From: an uncultured Lentimicrobiaceae bacterium
GTDB taxonomy: Bacteria > Bacteroidota > Bacteroidia > Bacteroidales > UBA4417
DNA: 64,000 nucleotides
Assembly: GCA_964420555.1 (NCBI GenBank)
Contig: CAYQTT010000019.1
Coordinates: 19,154-83,153 of the forward strand
Direction: 5' to 3'
Made by a program: the position numbers and the translations under genes. Below the pieces are notes generated by a model that worked only from the letters and a program-made list of their open reading frames with translations, was not told where the DNA came from and made no database searches. Within the stretch, counting starts at the first letter, position 1, and each line of letters starts with the position of its first letter. This document shows, piece after piece, positions 1 through 8,378 of the stretch.

Positions 1-2028
1 TTCTGGCAGCCTATTCCGCGCATGGCTCCCGGGTTGGTTAGCCTTTACGGCGAATTGCAGGGATTAGACGGCATTCGTCCGCGGCGGGATATTGAACTGC
101 TGCCTTATACTTACGCCAAAGCTACTTTCGACGAGAAAGAAGAAGGAAATCCATTTGAAACCGGTCAGAAATTTAGCGGTACTGCAGGACTCGACGGTAA
201 AATTGCCGTTACCAATGACCTCACGCTAAATTTCACTATCAATCCCGATTTCGGACAGGTAGAAGCTGATCCGGCAGTTGTTAACCTTACTGCTTTCGAA
301 ACTTTTTATCCCGAAAAAAGGCCTTTCTTTATCGAAGGGAAAAATATTTTTACCTACAAACTAACCGGCGCCGACAGCGATAACAATCAGAACATGCTGT
401 TCTATTCGCGAAGGATCGGTCGGGCTCCGCAATATTACCCGGTGGCCGATTCGGGGGAATATATTTCGGCACCCGAACATACTACTATTCTCGGATCGTT
501 TAAGTTATCAGGCAAAACCAGAAAAGGACTATCAATAGGAATTATCGAATCGCTTACACAGGAGGAATTTGCTACACTCGACAAGGCAGGTGAAACGCAT
601 AAGGAAAGTATTGAGCCACTCAGCAATTACCTGATTGCCAGAGTATCGCAGGACTTCAACAAAGGCACAACCGTGGTTGGAGGTATTTTTACTGCAACCA
701 ACCGTTTTATATCTCAAAACGCACCTCAACTGGAGTTCCTGCCCAAAGCGGCTTATACGGGTGGTTTAAATGCCATCCATTTCTGGAATAATAAAACCTA
801 TTACCTTTCGGGCCGGGCAGTTTTTTCATCCATAAACGGAAGTAAAAAATCAATCGATTATCTTGAACGCTCACCGGCAAGATATTACCAAAGGCCCGAT
901 AATGATTACGTTACATACGATACCTCCCGAACTTCGCTGAATGGCTATGGCGGAACACTTGAATTTGGCAAAGCGGGTACCGGCAACTGGCAATTCATGA
1001 GTTATGTTACCATGCGGTCGCCGGGGCTCGATTTTAACGATGTAGGTTACCTGAAACAAGCGGATGAAATTCAGCAGCTTTTCTGGCTGCGCTACCGCAA
1101 ATACAAACCTTTCGGCATTTTCCGATGGGCCTCGGTTAATTTTACGGAATATATTACCTGGGATTTTGGCTTCGAAACCGTAAACAAAGGAATTGACCTG
1201 AATGCCAGCGGTCAGTTTGAAAATTACTATACGGCTGGTGCTGGAATAAATTATGCGGGAACAACTTTATCACGAGGCGAACTTTGGGGCGGACCGGCAA
1301 TTCTTCTTCCTCCGGTGTTCAATTTCAGCATTTATGCCGAAACTGATAGCCGCAAAAAAATAATGTTTAAAGTGAGCACTGCTCAATATTTCGGTCAGCA
1401 AAACTATTACAACAGCCACCGATACTCGCTCGAAATAACCTATAAACCTATCAGCACATTATTCTTTACGCTTAGCCCGACGTATACCTCCGGGTTTAGC
1501 GAATTACAGTACGTTGCCACATCATACTACAAAGGCGAACCCAGGTATATCATGGCCAGTCTTGATAGAGAGATTTTTGAATTATCACTTCGTGTGAATG
1601 TGAGTTTAACGCCTGAACTTTCAATTCAATACTATGCGCAACCATTTATTTTTGCAGGCGAATATAATGATTACAAGCGCATTACTGATCCAAGAGCAAC
1701 AGAATTCACTGACAGGTTTCATGCGTTTACCAGTAACGAAATATCGTATAATGAAGAATGGAACGCCTGGTTTATTGATGAAAACCAGGATGGCAACGGA
1801 GATTATGGATTCTATAAACCCGATTTCCATTACCTGCAATACCGTTCGAATATGGTTTTACGATGGGAATATAAAACCGGTTCATCACTTTACCTTGTAT
1901 GGTCGCAGGGGCGAACCCATCTCGACGAAAACGGCGAAATGGAATTCGATCAATATGTGAATGAGCTTTGGGAAACGCATCCGCGTAATGACTTTATGCT
2001 GAAAATTTCCTATCTGATTGTATTTTAA
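1..2028 (+). CDS. DUF5916-like outer-membrane protein (5' end cut by window edge)
   Basis: The frame is open from nt 1 (FWQPIPR precedes the first Met at 22). It aligns along its length with the full-length paralog at 16152..18770; the block NPDFGQVEADP..FPEKRPFFIEG is 31/39 identical by hand count. It ends ..YLIVF, an OM beta-barrel-type C-terminal Phe. Confidence 0.7.
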   Translation, partial: FWQPIPRMAPGLVSLYGELQGLDGIRPRRDIELLPYTYAKATFDEKEEGNPFETGQKFSGTAGLDGKIAVTNDLTLNFTINPDFGQVEADPAVVNLTAFETFYPEKRPFFIEGKNIFTYKLTGADSDNNQNMLFYSRRIGRAPQYYPVADSGEYISAPEHTTILGSFKLSGKTRKGLSIGIIESLTQEEFATLDKAGETHKESIEPLSNYLIARVSQDFNKGTTVVGGIFTATNRFISQNAPQLEFLPKAAYTGGLNAIHFWNNKTYYLSGRAVFSSINGSKKSIDYLERSPARYYQRPDNDYVTYDTSRTSLNGYGGTLEFGKAGTGNWQFMSYVTMRSPGLDFNDVGYLKQADEIQQLFWLRYRKYKPFGIFRWASVNFTEYITWDFGFETVNKGIDLNASGQFENYYTAGAGINYAGTTLSRGELWGGPAILLPPVFNFSIYAETDSRKKIMFKVSTAQYFGQQNYYNSHRYSLEITYKPISTLFFTLSPTYTSGFSELQYVATSYYKGEPRYIMASLDREIFELSLRVNVSLTPELSIQYYAQPFIFAGEYNDYKRITDPRATEFTDRFHAFTSNEISYNEEWNAWFIDENQDGNGDYGFYKPDFHYLQYRSNMVLRWEYKTGSSLYLVWSQGRTHLDENGEMEFDQYVNELWETHPRNDFMLKISYLIVF

Positions 2029-2145
2029 GACATCAACAAGAACACTGCTAAAAAACACACCATCTATATAATCAGCAGAATAGAATTTGATAATTGTATT
2101 CCATGGCAATGAAATGCCAATACAAAACAAATCCCATGCATTAAA

Positions 2146-2317
2146 GATTTCAGTGCGCTGCACCTTTAACGATATTTTTCCGAGTTTCTACAAATATTTC
2201 GGTGCTCTGCACCTTTATTTATTGCAAATCAAAGATGTAATTGGAAGCCACAGAGTGGCGCAATATTTGTAGTATGGCGTATGAAGTATAATTTTAAGGT
2301 GCAGCGCACCGGAATCT
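2146..2317. repeat. cluster of four REP-like hairpin elements, two per orientation
   Basis: Hairpins at 2152..2164, 2201..2213 (minus orientation) and 2247..2259, 2298..2310 (plus). The common form is AA-[5 bp stem]-AGM-[stem]-GnAATmTTTGTAG. Copy 3 has stem GCCAC/GTGGC instead of GGTGC/GCACC, which is three compensatory pairs. Confidence 0.7.
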
Positions 2318-2421
2318 AAAACCAATCATTATTCCTGTTAAGTGTTTAAGCAGATCCGATATATAATTTCCGATGCTTCCTGATAAAACTCGATGCGTTT
2401 TGCATTCATTAGAATGAAATG

Positions 2422-3042
2422 TTACTTTATCAGCTTCAATCCACTCAGAGCTGAATTGTCGTTTGGACGAAGAATAAGTGCCTGATTAAATAAAACCCTT
2501 GCATCTGCTGATTTGCCTGTATTCAGTTTCGACCATGCCAGCATTATCACCGAATCGTAGTCTAAAGGATAAAGATTTACTACTTTTTCGAAAAGCTTTA
2601 TTGCACTTACATAGTCCTTGCGGTTATAGTAAATTACGCCTAACCAGTAATTAGCAATGGTATTCTGCGGATCAATTTTCAGAATCTCCATATAATGCGT
2701 TTTTACTTTATCCCAGCTTTCGATGGCACTTAGCGGCTTAACGGCGCCAAAGCGGGCTTCGATGGCATACGGTTTCAGCGCGATGGATTTATCGTAATAT
2801 TTTATTGATTCAGTGTATTGCTTTGCGAGGTAATAAAGCCATCCAAGGCGGATGTTAATAATGTAACTATCAGCTTTGTATATCGTTTTCATCGAATTGA
2901 TAGCAGCTGTGTAATTGCCTGATTTCTCCGATTCGAAGCTTTTCACAAAAGTGGCTTGCATAACTGACGCAGTTTGTGCCATAAGGGAACCAAACACAAA
3001 AGTTAAAGTTACTGTAAGCAGAATTCTTTTTAAAGTTTCCAT
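2422..3042 (-). CDS. secreted TPR-repeat protein
   Basis: Signal peptide METLKRILLTVTLTFVFGSLMAQ. TPR-like helical repeats (YYNRKDYVSAIKLFEKVVNLYP, ARVLFNQALILRPND). AGGAGG (3049..3054, minus) lies 6 nt upstream of the ATG. The start overlaps the stop of 3030..4172 by 13 nt. Confidence 0.7.
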   Translation of the reverse strand: METLKRILLTVTLTFVFGSLMAQTASVMQATFVKSFESEKSGNYTAAINSMKTIYKADSYIINIRLGWLYYLAKQYTESIKYYDKSIALKPYAIEARFGAVKPLSAIESWDKVKTHYMEILKIDPQNTIANYWLGVIYYNRKDYVSAIKLFEKVVNLYPLDYDSVIMLAWSKLNTGKSADARVLFNQALILRPNDNSALSGLKLIK

Positions 3043-4172
3043 ATAATTCCTCCTAAAAATGATTGCTGAATGTATTGATCAGTGGTTTGTTCTACTTGTT
3101 TATTATCATACAGGTAATTGCTGTACAACGTGAGACTTTTGTTTATATTCCAGTACACTGACAAACCTGTCCGGAACAATGTAGGATCAATCGAGTTGTA
3201 AATGTATAAGGCGTTGTGATCGTTATAGTTCTGGATATTTCCCAAAGTAACTAATCCTTCGAGCCATACTGTTTTAAAAATACGGGCTCCTGCATATTGG
3301 GCAAATATCAGCCGGCTCGAATCTTTTTCAATCAATCCGCTCAAATACGAAGTAAGATAAAAATTTGCTTTCCCCGGTAAAACAATTCCGGCATGAATCC
3401 CGACTTGCTTAAAGTCGCCAATATCATACCTGAAAAATGATCCGTTCAACCCTAATGATACCCTGTTTAAGCGGGTTGCGAGTGACGAAAACACAAGATT
3501 TCCGGGGTATTTATATCCATCGAGGCTCGTATTCAGATGATGGTATGCTACCGAAAAAGAGGTATGTGATGTTACCGACCAGTTAAGCAGCGCAAAGTAA
3601 TCGGGTTGCTTAACCAAGATCGAATTTACAGTTTGCTTGTAGTTTGAAGCTGATTGATATAGCGACAGCCTGTAACCCACCTGCGAATATATGCCACCAC
3701 GAAAATAAGACGGATTGGTCCGGTTTTCGCCGTTATTGACTTTATAATTATACTCAAGGTCGACAGATGCTACCGGATTGACTTTATGAATCCGCAACCG
3801 GGTTTTCGCCTCTTCAGGCAGCTTGCCTGCATGAAAACGGGCATAGGCAATGTTGCCGGTATTCAAGCCACAATAGTATAGATATTCACGTGTATCGGTA
3901 TCGTATTCGTCAAATTCCAAAGCTTTTTCGTATTGTTCCTGCGAAGCATAATAATCAGCTTTTACAAAATAGGCATATCCCATTCGCTGACGCAGTCTTT
4001 TAAAATCAATATTTTGAGCTATTGACCGTTCAGCTGTTGCAAACAACTGATCCCAATTACCTGAAAGATAGCAGTTGTATGTAATACTGTCAACTGACTC
4101 ATAAGTAATTGAATCCTGAGCCTTTACCCCTACCGAAAACAAAATCAAAATGAAAATTATTAATTTATGCAT
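3030..4172 (-). CDS. signal-peptide protein with TPR-like N-terminus and beta-rich C-terminus (possible OM barrel)
   Basis: Signal peptide MHKLIIFILILFSVGVKAQ. TPR-like segment YYASQEQYEKALEFDEYD, then about 250 aa of short alternating strands. No family recognised. It has 13-nt overlaps with both neighbouring genes. Confidence 0.55.
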   Translation of the reverse strand: MHKLIIFILILFSVGVKAQDSITYESVDSITYNCYLSGNWDQLFATAERSIAQNIDFKRLRQRMGYAYFVKADYYASQEQYEKALEFDEYDTDTREYLYYCGLNTGNIAYARFHAGKLPEEAKTRLRIHKVNPVASVDLEYNYKVNNGENRTNPSYFRGGIYSQVGYRLSLYQSASNYKQTVNSILVKQPDYFALLNWSVTSHTSFSVAYHHLNTSLDGYKYPGNLVFSSLATRLNRVSLGLNGSFFRYDIGDFKQVGIHAGIVLPGKANFYLTSYLSGLIEKDSSRLIFAQYAGARIFKTVWLEGLVTLGNIQNYNDHNALYIYNSIDPTLFRTGLSVYWNINKSLTLYSNYLYDNKQVEQTTDQYIQQSFLGGIIWKL

Positions 4173-6367
4173 ACTGCCTTTATTTTTATTTCGGATGATT
4201 CAAATACGAATTCCTGTACACGGTTATCGCTCAGGGTTATAATACTGTTGCTTTCGATGCGGTTTTTCCTGAATACTGAAACCTGAATCCCGGATTTCAA
4301 TACCAATAAACCTGTATCGAACATATTATCGCCGGATTCAACTTTTATTGAGTATCCCGCACGAATATAGTTATAAAAAGGAGCAACAAAATCGTGTATC
4401 CAGATGCTTGTTTTTTTATTCCTGATTACGTTAAGCGGCATGGCATCGCGCAAAACAATTGATTCGGGATTACCCAAAAACACCTTGTAAACCGACAGGT
4501 AAAAATAATACAGCAATGATTTTTTATTCCCATAGAAGGCCGTAAAGTAAAACATGGAGCCGTCGTTCACATAATAAGCACTCGATTCGGTCTCCTTGCA
4601 ATACAGGTATTTATTGTTGTATGCGTCCGTGTAAGCAATCCATTGTTCAGTTACATTCACACCTTTTTCATTGGTGAAAGAGTATTTCAGACTTGTGTCG
4701 GGCATTATGTCAAAGGCTGATTTAAGGAGCGAATTGCCTGTAATTCCTGAAACCAGATCGCCTTCGGCCGGTTTTGAAAACTGCTGCAATTCAAGCCCTG
4801 ATTTTCCCTTCTGCTGGTAGTAAGCAAACGGATAGTCGATGGTGCGGGCTCCAACCAGCGGAGTTACCTGTACCTGAAAATGAAGGTGTGGCTCCGGCGA
4901 ACGGCCTGAATTGCCGCATAAGGCCAGCAAATCGCCTTTTTGAACAAAATCGCCTTTCGCTACTTTAAACGTTCCCTTTTTGAGGTGCGACATTTGCGTA
5001 TAAAGCCCCGGCAGATGACGAATTACAATTGTATTTCCCCAATTGTTTGATGTGTCAACTTTACCAATTTCGTTATCATCAACATTATCGATAATTTCTT
5101 CAACAATACCATCGGCAGGTGCAAGCACAGGTTTGTTATAGCAATAGTAATTCTCGCAAAGTAACCCCTTCGACTTATAGGTCTTCTGATTTTCATCTTT
5201 AATCATAAAATCGAATGCTTTTCCCCAGTCACCTTTATGCGTATGCTCGCCATCATGTCCTTGCGTGACTGTCCATTCGCCCCAGAAAGGCAGATAAAAC
5301 GGGAAATACAGGAAATGTGACAACCTCTCCTTGTTGTTATTAAATGTGTAAAGATTGATTTCGGGCGAATTGTACTGAATGGGTGTGAGAATCAGTTTTG
5401 ATGGTGTTACCCTTAAACGGAGAAAATAAACAAACAGTATTACCACGAATGAGAATGGCAGCGAGAAAACCGGTAGCTGAATGAAACCGAATAATTTACT
5501 TAAAAACAGCAATACCAGCGATGTAAGCGGCACTAACAGAACCGCCCACCAGTAGGAAAAGCGCGAAGGAATAAGAAAGAATCCGCCAACGGCAAGGGCT
5601 ACCATAATATAGTTTGCTCCAATGTTATAGTAAGTAATACTGGCAGCTTCCGATCCTGAAAACTGTGCAAACATATATGCCGAAAGAAACCCAAGAACAG
5701 ATAACGAAAATGCAATCCGCGAACTTAGCAATACAACAACAGATATTATGATCCCAGCAATCAGGTTATTCTGAAAAAAAATGGAGCTCATCGACCGGAG
5801 ATAAATATCCAGCATCTTATGAATTGGCAGCGAATCGATAGTTTGTAAAAATGAAAGCATCGAATTGCCGCCTATCGCGTATACTTCGTTGATCCAGTAT
5901 ATGTTGCGTTGTGTTAGTCCCAGGTTTTCGAATTGCGACGAAGGCAGTACCACAAACCAGAAAGAAATCACAAAAGGCAGGCTGAGGAACGGCAACCCGC
6001 TCTTCCCAAGCCATCCACCAAGAGTTACAGAAAGAATCAGCGTCAATAATGCAGCAATTAACAGCAAACTAAAAAAAACGAAACCGGGATCAAAAAATGT
6101 TCCCATGCCCATACCCGTCAGCAATGCATTGAAACTAAAAATTCCGTTTTTCAGCTGCAATTTATCCAACCCCATTGTATTGGCAATGAGTACCGTTACC
6201 AACACCGCAATTAATCCACTCAAGCCTGCATAAAAGTTCAAAAAAGTAATCAGGAGAATAATGGCTGCCAGCCATTTGTTGCTGAAAAAGAAAATCGCGG
6301 AATAACTGTTCAGTGTGGCTGGCAGAATTGTGTTGCGAAAAGTGTCGACAAAACGATGAAAGAGCAT
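4160..6367 (-). CDS. urea-transporter-like polytopic membrane domain fused to an M23 metallopeptidase domain
   Basis: The N-terminal ~330 aa has about 10 hydrophobic helices with a UT-family look (FFFSNKWLAAIILLITFLNFYAGLSGLIAVL). The central region has M23 signatures (GNTIVIRH..YTQMSHL..GDFVQKGDLLALCGNSGRSPEPHLHFQV). The C-terminal ~220 aa is unassigned. Confidence 0.75.
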   Translation of the reverse strand: MLFHRFVDTFRNTILPATLNSYSAIFFFSNKWLAAIILLITFLNFYAGLSGLIAVLVTVLIANTMGLDKLQLKNGIFSFNALLTGMGMGTFFDPGFVFFSLLLIAALLTLILSVTLGGWLGKSGLPFLSLPFVISFWFVVLPSSQFENLGLTQRNIYWINEVYAIGGNSMLSFLQTIDSLPIHKMLDIYLRSMSSIFFQNNLIAGIIISVVVLLSSRIAFSLSVLGFLSAYMFAQFSGSEAASITYYNIGANYIMVALAVGGFFLIPSRFSYWWAVLLVPLTSLVLLFLSKLFGFIQLPVFSLPFSFVVILFVYFLRLRVTPSKLILTPIQYNSPEINLYTFNNNKERLSHFLYFPFYLPFWGEWTVTQGHDGEHTHKGDWGKAFDFMIKDENQKTYKSKGLLCENYYCYNKPVLAPADGIVEEIIDNVDDNEIGKVDTSNNWGNTIVIRHLPGLYTQMSHLKKGTFKVAKGDFVQKGDLLALCGNSGRSPEPHLHFQVQVTPLVGARTIDYPFAYYQQKGKSGLELQQFSKPAEGDLVSGITGNSLLKSAFDIMPDTSLKYSFTNEKGVNVTEQWIAYTDAYNNKYLYCKETESSAYYVNDGSMFYFTAFYGNKKSLLYYFYLSVYKVFLGNPESIVLRDAMPLNVIRNKKTSIWIHDFVAPFYNYIRAGYSIKVESGDNMFDTGLLVLKSGIQVSVFRKNRIESNSIITLSDNRVQEFVFESSEIKIKAVCIN

Positions 6368-6516
6368 ACCGGGAGTATAAAGATTGTGTTTAAAGGTTAG
6401 TAGATTTTATTGTTCAGATACTTTGACGGTAAAAATCCAATTGCCTGATGTGTCATATGACTGAATGTTAAACTATTCCAATATCAGAACCAGTATCTGA
6501 TACTATTTCTTACGTA

Positions 6517-6747
6517 TCACAGTCTATATTTATTAAAGATCTCTTTTCTGGTTGGGCAAGTACAAATAGATGAATTCCCGAAAGACATTTTATAATTGCA
6601 GAATGACTTGCCTACGTATTTCACAAAAAGAACTTTTTTATTGATGCAATTCTCAACGTTGCAATAAACATGGCTATCACTATTCAGACAATCAAAATCT
6701 CTGGGACAATTCCATGTTACTGAGATTGTTTTCTTATCTATTTCCAT
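6517..6747 (-). CDS. small cysteine-rich hypothetical protein (76 aa, 7 Cys)
   Basis: ATG-initiated ORF on the same strand as its neighbours. Cys pattern C-x5-C-x8-C-x4-C-x15-C-x11-C-x-C-P. The DNA is visibly more AT-rich than flanking genes. No family recognised, so coding status is uncertain. Confidence 0.4.
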   Translation of the reverse strand: MEIDKKTISVTWNCPRDFDCLNSDSHVYCNVENCINKKVLFVKYVGKSFCNYKMSFGNSSICTCPTRKEIFNKYRL

Positions 6748-6849
6748 TTCAAATTATTTAGTTGTTCTGTTTACTACAAAGTAATATCGAACTAATACTT
6801 GCCTCTGACTCCAGGCTCATCGCTAAAAGCACAGAACCTGAGAATTCAG

Positions 6850-8220
6850 TTATTTGGTCTGATCCAGCCTCAAATACTCCGGAATCTGCTCATTTGAAAG
6901 CATTGTTTCGAGGGTCTCGGCTTTGCGGATCACATGCGTTTTGTTTTCGTTATCAATTAAAACGATGTTGGGCCTCAAGGTAATAAACTGCATCCATTGT
7001 GTCATATTGTATGCTCCAACTTTATGCACAACCACATTATTTCCTTTTTCGAGCAGTGGCATGGTGATGCTTTCGCGAATTACATCAATATTCATGCAAA
7101 GCGGGCCATATAGCACCATTTCTTCGGTATGCTGTCCAAAGGACTGTGTAGTGCTGATCTGGTGATCGTACCAAAATGCTGTAAAAAGGGTATTCACTCC
7201 AAAATCGAGAACAGTAGCCCGCCGTCCATCCGAAAGACGTTTAGTAGCCAGAACCGTGCCAAGTAAAAAACCTGCATCGTCAATAAGCACCCGACCCGAT
7301 TCAAGAATCAGCAGTGGCAGGTCTTCCTGCTTAAACCCATACCCAAGAATTACATCTGTAATAGCATCGGCAAACTGATCGACCGAAGGAATAGTATCAG
7401 AACCCGGCAGGTACGCTCCTTTTAATGTATTGGTCGAAGGGAAACCTCCGCCCAGATCGATATACTGCAATACTTTTTTGAATTTTTCTTTAACACTCCA
7501 TGTCAATTCACAGAGTTTGGTTGCCGCTGTCGCATAAGCTGAGGGCGAGAGCATAAATGTGCCGATGTGGCAATGCAGTCCTACCAGGTCGAGATTTTCG
7601 GAATTAATAATGCGGGAGATGGCTGTCCAGGCCTGTCCGTTTTCAAAATTAAATCCAAACCTATCCCATTTGGGGTAAATGCCGGTATCCATATTCACAC
7701 GGATAGCAACCCTGGGTTTCAGATTATTTTCTTCGCTGAGTTTGATCAGCGAGTAGAGTTCGTCGAAATGATCGATATGGATCAGCGAATTGTTGCGGGC
7801 AGCAGTAATAAGCTGTTCGTCGGTTTTATCGGGACCATTAAAAATGATTTTATTCCCGGGAACGCCATTTCCCAGCGCTTTTTCGTACTCAAAACCCGAC
7901 ACCACCTCGGCCCAGGAGCCTTCCTGGTGAAAAATGCGGCAAACGGCATCAAGGTAATTGGTTTTATACGACCAGGCAAACTGAACTTTTGGATAACGCG
8001 TTTTGAATATTCGAGTTGCATTCTGATAATTGCGCCTTATCTGTTTCTCAGATAACACAAATAACGGGGAACCGAATTCATCAATCAGGCTTTTTACCGG
8101 CACACTTTCGATGTGTGTTACCGGAATATTTTCAGTGCGGGTACCGAATTTATTCATGAGCCCTGTGCTCATTTTTTTAATAATCGGTCTTTCATATCTT
8201 AGTTTTTCCATGGTATTCAT
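6850..8220 (-). CDS. PLP-dependent amino-acid decarboxylase, Orn/DAP/Arg decarboxylase (fold type III) family
   Basis: Family motifs: FAWSYKTNY (PLP lysine context), GLHCHIGT, IDLGGGFP, ESGRVLIDDAG, GPLCMNIDV. Alternative start at Met4 (8211). The substrate cannot be assigned from sequence. Confidence 0.85.
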   Translation of the reverse strand: MNTMEKLRYERPIIKKMSTGLMNKFGTRTENIPVTHIESVPVKSLIDEFGSPLFVLSEKQIRRNYQNATRIFKTRYPKVQFAWSYKTNYLDAVCRIFHQEGSWAEVVSGFEYEKALGNGVPGNKIIFNGPDKTDEQLITAARNNSLIHIDHFDELYSLIKLSEENNLKPRVAIRVNMDTGIYPKWDRFGFNFENGQAWTAISRIINSENLDLVGLHCHIGTFMLSPSAYATAATKLCELTWSVKEKFKKVLQYIDLGGGFPSTNTLKGAYLPGSDTIPSVDQFADAITDVILGYGFKQEDLPLLILESGRVLIDDAGFLLGTVLATKRLSDGRRATVLDFGVNTLFTAFWYDHQISTTQSFGQHTEEMVLYGPLCMNIDVIRESITMPLLEKGNNVVVHKVGAYNMTQWMQFITLRPNIVLIDNENKTHVIRKAETLETMLSNEQIPEYLRLDQTK

Positions 8221-8246
8221 TGTTAGTATATTTCATTTACTTCAAT

Positions 8247-8254
8247 CAAAATTA
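8247..8254 (-). promoter_or_regulatory. -7 promoter box for the decarboxylase gene
   Basis: The minus strand reads TAATTTTG, 27 nt upstream of the ATG at 8220 and just downstream of the heptamer array. Confidence 0.45.
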
Positions 8255-8301
8255 TATCCGTGCTTTAGAAACCAAAACGGTTATTGCGATCGAAGCGACA
8301 A

Positions 8302-8378
8302 CACTTTTCACTATTCACTTTTCACTATTCACTATTCACTATTCACTTTTCACTTTTCACTTTTCCCTTTTCACTTTC
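8302..8378. repeat. tandem heptamer array (CACTWTT) x11
   Basis: Eleven head-to-tail 7-nt units (CACTTTT/CACTATT, one CCCTTTT). It starts at the ATP-grasp stop codon and ends about 50 nt upstream of the decarboxylase promoter box. Confidence 0.9.

Noticed and set aside
8302-8378. Possibility that the short tandem arrays (also at 52545, 53916, 62342, 62787) are CRISPR arrays
   Set aside because: The period is 7 nt with no unique spacers and no palindromic 25-40-nt repeats. No cas genes are in the window.
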